DNA of 63,985 nt, the filler included, from an uncultured bacterium (GTDB lineage Bacteria; Auribacterota; CAZIXI01), in assembly GCA_964543115.1 (NCBI GenBank). It is 9 parts of 9 records of this genome, joined end to end, with 100 filler letters (N's around TTAATTAATTAA, not from the genome) between each part and the next. Parts side by side here need not be neighbours in the genome. Positions count along the whole stretch, not along the records: positions 52,784 to 60,003 come from CAZIXI010000177.1; positions 60,104 to 63,985 come from CAZIXI010000298.1; 7 more parts are not named here. One strand, 5' to 3'. The translations under genes and the position numbers were made by a program. The notes beneath the pieces are model-generated. The model was not told the origin of the DNA and did no database searches. It was given only the letters and a program-made list of their open reading frames with translations. Below, piece by piece: positions 58,346 to 63,985 of the stretch (positions are counted from its first letter, which is position 1; each line of letters opens with the position of its first letter).

Positions 58346-59350
58346 TTATACTTTTTTTCCCAATAAACAACTGATCGCATTTGAAACTCTTTCCGGACGA
58401 TAAAAAAAGAATGGCAAGTCCCTTTCTCGAAGCCCGGCAGTAAAGAACGTCCCACTGAGCACCGCGTAGGGAGCCGCCCTCCTGTGAAAGAAACGTTCAC
58501 TCAACTGATCCTGGATCCACTCATAATTGCCGCCGCCCACACCATGGATAAAGGCCCCTAATTCATAAAGGCGTAGGTATAAGGTCAAGGTAACCGCCCG
58601 GGGGAAAAGAAACTGGCCGGAATGGCTGTCCACAAAACAATGGTAGCGCCGGTCGTCTTTGACCAGCCAGAAAGGCAATTCCTTCTCCTGAAGTCTGGGG
58701 AAAGGAAAATTCTTATAACGGAAGTGGAATTGTTGTCCATATTCGGCAAGTGCCTGATTAAATAGATCCCGGAATTCTCCCGCCCGCTTGTAGATATTAC
58801 CGGCAAAAGTCTTATAGTTATCTGAACGAATAATATCGCTTAAAAATAAAGGGCTGGCAGGCAGAGCGTAAAACTGCAGAAAAGCGCTTGCCAATACCTC
58901 TTTCAGGTATTTTTTACCCACATTCCTATAGACAAGACCGCGATAAAGAGAAAAAGGTATCTCCAGAGCTTTTCTCTGCCTAACATCAAGTTTCTTCAAC
59001 GTTCGATATGCCTCATCGAAAAAACGGTCAAATATTTCTCTCCTGGGCGTTAAATAAGAATGAAGCAGTTGAGGAAAATCCACCAGAGAAATTTTCTTCA
59101 GTCTTTTCCTCTCCGGTACCCGGGCCGCGATCATTGCCGGTTCCGTATCCAGAAAGATCAGGCGTTTCCGCCCCTTAGCCAGTTGATTCACAAACAGGTA
59201 CTTACAGGCAATTCCCGGATTAAAAAAACCCAGCTGGTGGGCAGTACCGATTTTCGTCTGCTGATGCAGAGAAGCGACAAACTTATTGAGTTCCGGCAAA
59301 AAGAGAATTTCCCCGTCATGTTCCGGCGGTTTGAGCAATTTATTTTTCAT
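58346..59350 (-). CDS. Uncharacterised protein coupled to bshB1 (possible BshC-like ligase)
   Basis: Motifs GTAHQLGFFNPG and FIHGVGGGNY. ATGA overlap with bshB1. Confidence 0.6.
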   Translation of the reverse strand: MKNKLLKPPEHDGEILFLPELNKFVASLHQQTKIGTAHQLGFFNPGIACKYLFVNQLAKGRKRLIFLDTEPAMIAARVPERKRLKKISLVDFPQLLHSYLTPRREIFDRFFDEAYRTLKKLDVRQRKALEIPFSLYRGLVYRNVGKKYLKEVLASAFLQFYALPASPLFLSDIIRSDNYKTFAGNIYKRAGEFRDLFNQALAEYGQQFHFRYKNFPFPRLQEKELPFWLVKDDRRYHCFVDSHSGQFLFPRAVTLTLYLRLYELGAFIHGVGGGNYEWIQDQLSERFFHRRAAPYAVLSGTFFTAGLRERDLPFFFYRPERVSNAISCLLGKKV

Positions 59351-60003
59351 AATAAGGAAGCAAGATCGTTTATTTTTATTGCCTCTTTCACATATACCGG
59401 TTCCGCGTAACGCGCGTGGATCAATGTGCCCAGATACCTGTTCTGGGCCTCTAAATAATCGAAGATAAACCTGTTCTTGGGATTATCAATAAACTGAGAA
59501 CGGTAACAACGCACCGCCTTTATCTTGGCGGAGAACGTTTCCGAGATATCCACGAGAAAGCTATACTGCGGTAAGGTGCGCGAATGTGAACAAAAATAAT
59601 AAAAAATGTAGGCTGGATAATGCGGCTCGCCAATGAGATTAATCTTAGTGTACTTGGCATAGAACCGCGCTCCTTCAGTAATCTGCGTTGCCGCCAGATG
59701 ATCAGGATGGGCATCTTCCGGATAGGGACAAAAAAGGATATCGGGTTTTAACAAGCGGATCTTTTCCGCCAGCAATAGGCGGTTTTCCCGCGAATCCGCT
59801 AAAAATCTATTGGGCAGCCACAAATTAAACCGCTCCCGTACTCCCAGCAGTTTACTGGCCTTCTGTGTTTCTACCTTACGTTTCCTTTCTGATCCCTGGG
59901 GGGTAGGTTCCCCGGAAGTAAGATCAACAATAAAAACCTGATGCTGCTCTGACAACTTAGCAATCGTCCCGCCAAGACCCAATTCCGCGTCATCGGGATG
60001 AGG
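59347..60003 (-). CDS. bshB1: PIG-L family deacetylase, BshB1-like, 5'-truncated
   Basis: PHPDDAELGLGG at the contig edge, DLTSGEPT, HPDH, KAVRCYRSQF and YAEP. Confidence 0.8.
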   Translation of the reverse strand, partial: PHPDDAELGLGGTIAKLSEQHQVFIVDLTSGEPTPQGSERKRKVETQKASKLLGVRERFNLWLPNRFLADSRENRLLLAEKIRLLKPDILFCPYPEDAHPDHLAATQITEGARFYAKYTKINLIGEPHYPAYIFYYFCSHSRTLPQYSFLVDISETFSAKIKAVRCYRSQFIDNPKNRFIFDYLEAQNRYLGTLIHARYAEPVYVKEAIKINDLASLL

Positions 60004-60103
60004 NNNNNNNNNNNNNNNNNNNNNNNNNNNNNNNNNNNNNNNNNNNNTTAATTAATTAANNNNNNNNNNNNNNNNNNNNNNNNNNNNNNNNNNNNNNNNN
60101 NNN

Positions 60104-63100
60104 CAGTAACGATATATGTTTCTTTTCTCACCTCCGCGATCCAGCCCGGCCCCACATAGGTATTTTCAATTAATTCCACGGAAGAAACATCCCAGGTTTC
60201 CGTATCGGAATTATAGGTCATGTTTTTACGTAATGTTTCTGTGGCGCCATCCGGGCCCAGATTATTATAATCCTCTACCTTGGAAAAAGCGCTGAAACCT
60301 TCGTATTCTTCCGCAAAGACAGCGAAATCACTCTCTGACAGATCGGATTCACTGAGCTCACTTTCCGCGTTATAGTACCAGGTGGTTGATTCCCGGGCAC
60401 CCAGGGAAGTGAGTTTCTGATCGGCAACAATTATCTGGGAAGCAATAAATTCACCGGTCTCATCATCCGCGTAATATGACTGCGTAACACTTTGGGCCGC
60501 GCCAAAGGTGGAAAGGGAATAATTATAGGTATCTTCCTTCATGTATGCCTGCAGGCCGCTATCTTCATAATCAGAACTGAATTTCGTTAAGGCGCCGTCC
60601 GCTTCATCCAGGGTAATGATCTCTTCATCGGCGGTGCCGTAAGTTATTTCTGTGGTGCGGGTATTACCCAGTACAGAAACTTCATTTTCCGTGGTGGTTA
60701 GTTCAATCAATTCGTAGGTCCCGTCATCTTCGTTGTACATGAATGATTGGGTTACTGTAGAGTAGGCACCGTACTGGGTCATCCCGTAATTATAGGTGCG
60801 TTCCAGAGAACTCTGGGTAAAGGAATCATAACTGTCGGCAACCGTGTCATAGGCGGTAGCCGCGTCCCAGCTGGTATATTCATAAACAACATCCGTGTCA
60901 TCTGTCGGCACAAATGTTTCATAAACTGATTCTTCTACGCCCAGCACGCCGTTTTTGAATTGGCCGGTCCTGATATAGGACAGATGCGCCTGATTATCAT
61001 CATCATAGCTGTAATACAGACTGACGGAGCTATTTGCCCCTAAGGTAGTCAGACCGAAATTCAGCGTGCGCTCCAGGCGGTATTTCTGCAGAGAACTGTC
61101 CATTAAGGCCTGGTAGTCAAAAGTACTGTAAAGGCTGCTGCCTTTGATATCTTCTATTCCTAACAATTCTCCAGCCGGCGTGCCCAGGGTAACGGTAAAT
61201 ACCTCGCTTGGTGTGCCGAAGATGGTGGGGGTCTGTTGAGTTGCTTCTAAGGCATAAAACTCATATTGGCCGTTTTCTTCATTATAGACAAACCTATTGG
61301 TCATTGTGCCGGTGGTGCCCAAAGGATTATAGCTAAGGTATTCAACGGTGTATTCTGATTTTTCCATGCTGGTATAACTATCCGCCACGCTCTGATAGGT
61401 TTCCTCAGCCAGAATGTCTGCTTCGATCAATGTTGTGCCGGCAGCCACCACAAAGGTTTCCGTCTCTACCATACCCGGACCCTGAAAGGTATAATCAGAA
61501 TTAATGGTTGTGGTAATCGTTGATACATCCCAGGTGCCTTCATCATTAACATACTGGATAGACACGGATTCTTCCGCGCCAAAATAACCATTTTCGTTAT
61601 AGGTAACGGTTTTACTAATTGCCTCGGTATTTTCATAGCTTTCGGCAATATAGTATTGCGAGCTCTCCAGATCACTTTCATACATAGTGCCCGCTTCGCG
61701 ATCGGGAATGTGCACAACCACTTCTGAGATTAACACACCAAACGGTGTCAGGCCATAGTTGCGCGTGGTTTCTGTCTGGAAATACTGCCAGGCATTTTCA
61801 CCATCATCATAGCCAAAGGTATTCTCAACGGTGTAAATGGAACCATAAGGGGTGAGGCCGTAATTGTTTTGCACTATCTTGTTAACCTTGGTCAGGCCCG
61901 TATAGTCGCTCTTATATTCCTGATAGTCCGTGCTCACATCCGCCTCCAGCACTTCTTCATCTTCTTCCGGACTGTACATGATTGTTGTCTGTTCGGCTAC
62001 GCCCAGGCTGGTATTATGTTTCTCTACTGTTTCCAGGCTGACAAACACAAACGCCTCATCGGCACTGTCATAATTGTATGTCTGCTTTACCTGATAACGG
62101 GAACCATAGATCCCAAAATGATAATTATACTCCATGGTCTTCATCTGTTGTTCCAGCTGCACACTGTAATCCTGGTCCCAGGCGGTCAACTCATCCTGGA
62201 GGATGATTTCCCCTTCCGCCGCCTGCCAGGTTACGGATTCTTTGGTTTGCACGAATTTACTGTAATAACTGTAAGTGTTGGATTCCCGGTTCAGCAGATA
62301 AAGCTCACCATCATCATCCACGCCGAAACTATCGATGGCCTCATTAACCGCGTTTCCGCGCCAGTCAAAGCCGCTCCAATAGGATTTTGTTTGCTGCACC
62401 AGCGACATGCCGCTAAACCACTCATTTTCCTCCAGTTCCACATCTGTGTTCACCGCCGTTTCGTCATCATCATCTTCGGCATACACATCCTTGGTTTCTT
62501 CAATCTTGTTGCCCCGACCATCATAAACCGAATAGGTAAACTCGCGGGAGACAAAGGCCTTATCGCCTTCCTGATTGTAGTAATAGTTATCGGTAATCTG
62601 CGTGGTGGGGTTATTGTAGTAATTATAGCCAATGGTGCGGGTAACGGTTTGGGCAACAGCAACTACCCAGGTTAAATCCAGCGGCGTTACCTGGGACGCG
62701 AATACCGGTTCCAGCGCCTCAGAGACAAAGGTGGTGGCTGTTTCCACAACCACGCGGTCACGGATATCGTATTCTTTTTCCTTTGCCGTTATCTGCATAA
62801 ACACCCAGTTACCGTCATCGTAAATATAATCGTAATTGGTTTCCTCCAGATTGCGGCTCTTATAATCCCAGTTACTCTTATAGCTGACGGTTTTACTCTC
62901 TTCCTGCACGGCAACCGCCTCCGTCTGCTGCAGCAGTTCCAGATTGGAATCGGCAACTTCACTGTCAAACACCACAAAATCATCCTGCAATTCGCCTTCG
63001 GCGTCAAATTCCGGTTCCGGAATAGAGGTGGTGGTTGTCTGGATCTCCAGGTACCCGGCCTCGTTATATTCGTTGGTGGTTACGGTCTTTCCCGTAAACG

Positions 63101-63985
63101 CGGGCAGGCCGGCAGCATCTTCTTCGTAGATATACATGTAACTGTAAGTAACTGTTTCCGCCAGCTGGCCCTTATCGTTATATTCATTCAGGGTAATATC
63201 CTTGGCATCAAGTTTAAGCGCCCCGTCATCATCTTTAAGATAGGTATCCTTGATTTCTTTGGCTATCTGGGCGCTGGCGTTATAGTGATATTCATAGCGC
63301 TGCTGGTCAACAAAATCAAAGTCTTCACCCGCGTAATTGCTCACCGTTTTACTAACAAGGTAGCCCAAATCATATTCCATGCCGCTTACGCCCTGGGCGT
63401 AGATGCCGTACATATCCGTTGTCTCGGTGAAATAGCTAAGCAGATTGCCGGTTTTATCATAACTTGTCCCGTAATACTCAATATCACTCACATCTTCCAG
63501 ATTGCCCAGGTACTGGCGCGTCTCCCAGTAGGTAAGCAGATTACCGAACAGATCATAACTGCTATCCTGCCGGGTAATTATTTCCTGGTTGCCGTTGGGA
63601 TCGGTTTTTTCTTTCTTGTAACTGACCAGATTGCCTTTTTCATCATAAACCGCTTCACTGAACAACTCGGTGCTGATTAACTCCCCGTTTTCAAATATCT
63701 TCTCCACATAGCTTGTTGCCAGATCCGTACTGCAATACTCAATATTTGAGCGTTCTACCCGGGTAACCAGCCCAGTGGCATCGGTGGTTTCCTGCACATA
63801 GCCGGTCATTTTACCACCTTCATAAGTTCCTTCCCAAGAAACCGTATAACTCAGATCAAGCGCCGTACCATCCTGAAAGGTGCCGTATTCATGAATGCTG
63901 TCGTTATAAGCCGCTATCCGGCCGCCGCGCCAGATCATGCCGGTGCGCACGGTTTCGGTGATCTTGCCTGGGGCTGCATTAGAGG
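60104..63985 (-). CDS. Internal fragment (>1290 aa) of a giant acidic YD/RHS-like protein
   Basis: The frame is open from the window end to the contig end. YDxxGN turns are followed by about eight longer YN[YF]GLTxxGA repeats. Confidence 0.85.

Noticed and set aside
57240..58403. 387-aa plus-strand ORF and similar long antisense ORFs (4534-5157, 11111-11731, 27499-27942, 61869-62675)
   Set aside because: They shadow well-supported genes on the opposite strand and show no recognisable motifs.
1..63985. rRNA, tRNA, integrase or transposase genes
   Set aside because: None recognised by eye. A tRNAscan or Infernal run would be needed to exclude them.

Overview
This window is not one locus. It is nine unrelated contigs of a draft or metagenome-assembled genome joined by artificial 100-nt linkers (44 N + TTAATTAATTAA + 44 N). 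The complete contigs fall steadily in length (7582, 7526, 7451, 7341, 7322, 7258, 7220 nt), so adjacency across linkers has no biological meaning. The content suggests an anaerobic PVC-like bacterium, plausibly Omnitrophota (inference from giant proteins, Ala(-1) prepilins and rubredoxin/FprA). Ordinary parts: fur-feoA-feoB-trxB, iscU'-permease-mnmA-nadA, cvpA-nif3', an MNT-HEPN pair, a 2-oxoacid decarboxylase, csp, a DEAD-box fragment, a T2SS/T4P minor-pilin operon with a GT39-TPR gene, a two-component pair, and bshB1 plus a rubredoxin-fprA-glutaredoxin-ccdA-trxB cluster. About half the window is fragments of giant proteins: a beta-barrel/coiled-coil/helical giant, a VWA + double CPBP-protease giant built from swappable cassettes, two or three acidic YD-like beta-shell giants, and two DUF5719-like surface proteins. 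The strongest signal the ORF track misses is two c-di-GMP-I (GEMM) riboswitches. One is a terminator-based predicted ON switch under a sigma54-type promoter, directly upstream of a secreted protein that looks like the start of a giant. The other has a perfect ligand-binding core but no GNRA tetraloop. Several small genes, a truncated DHH phosphoesterase and two single in-frame stops were also found by hand. Domain names come from motifs read by eye, not from database searches. No rRNA, tRNA, CRISPR array or transposase was seen.
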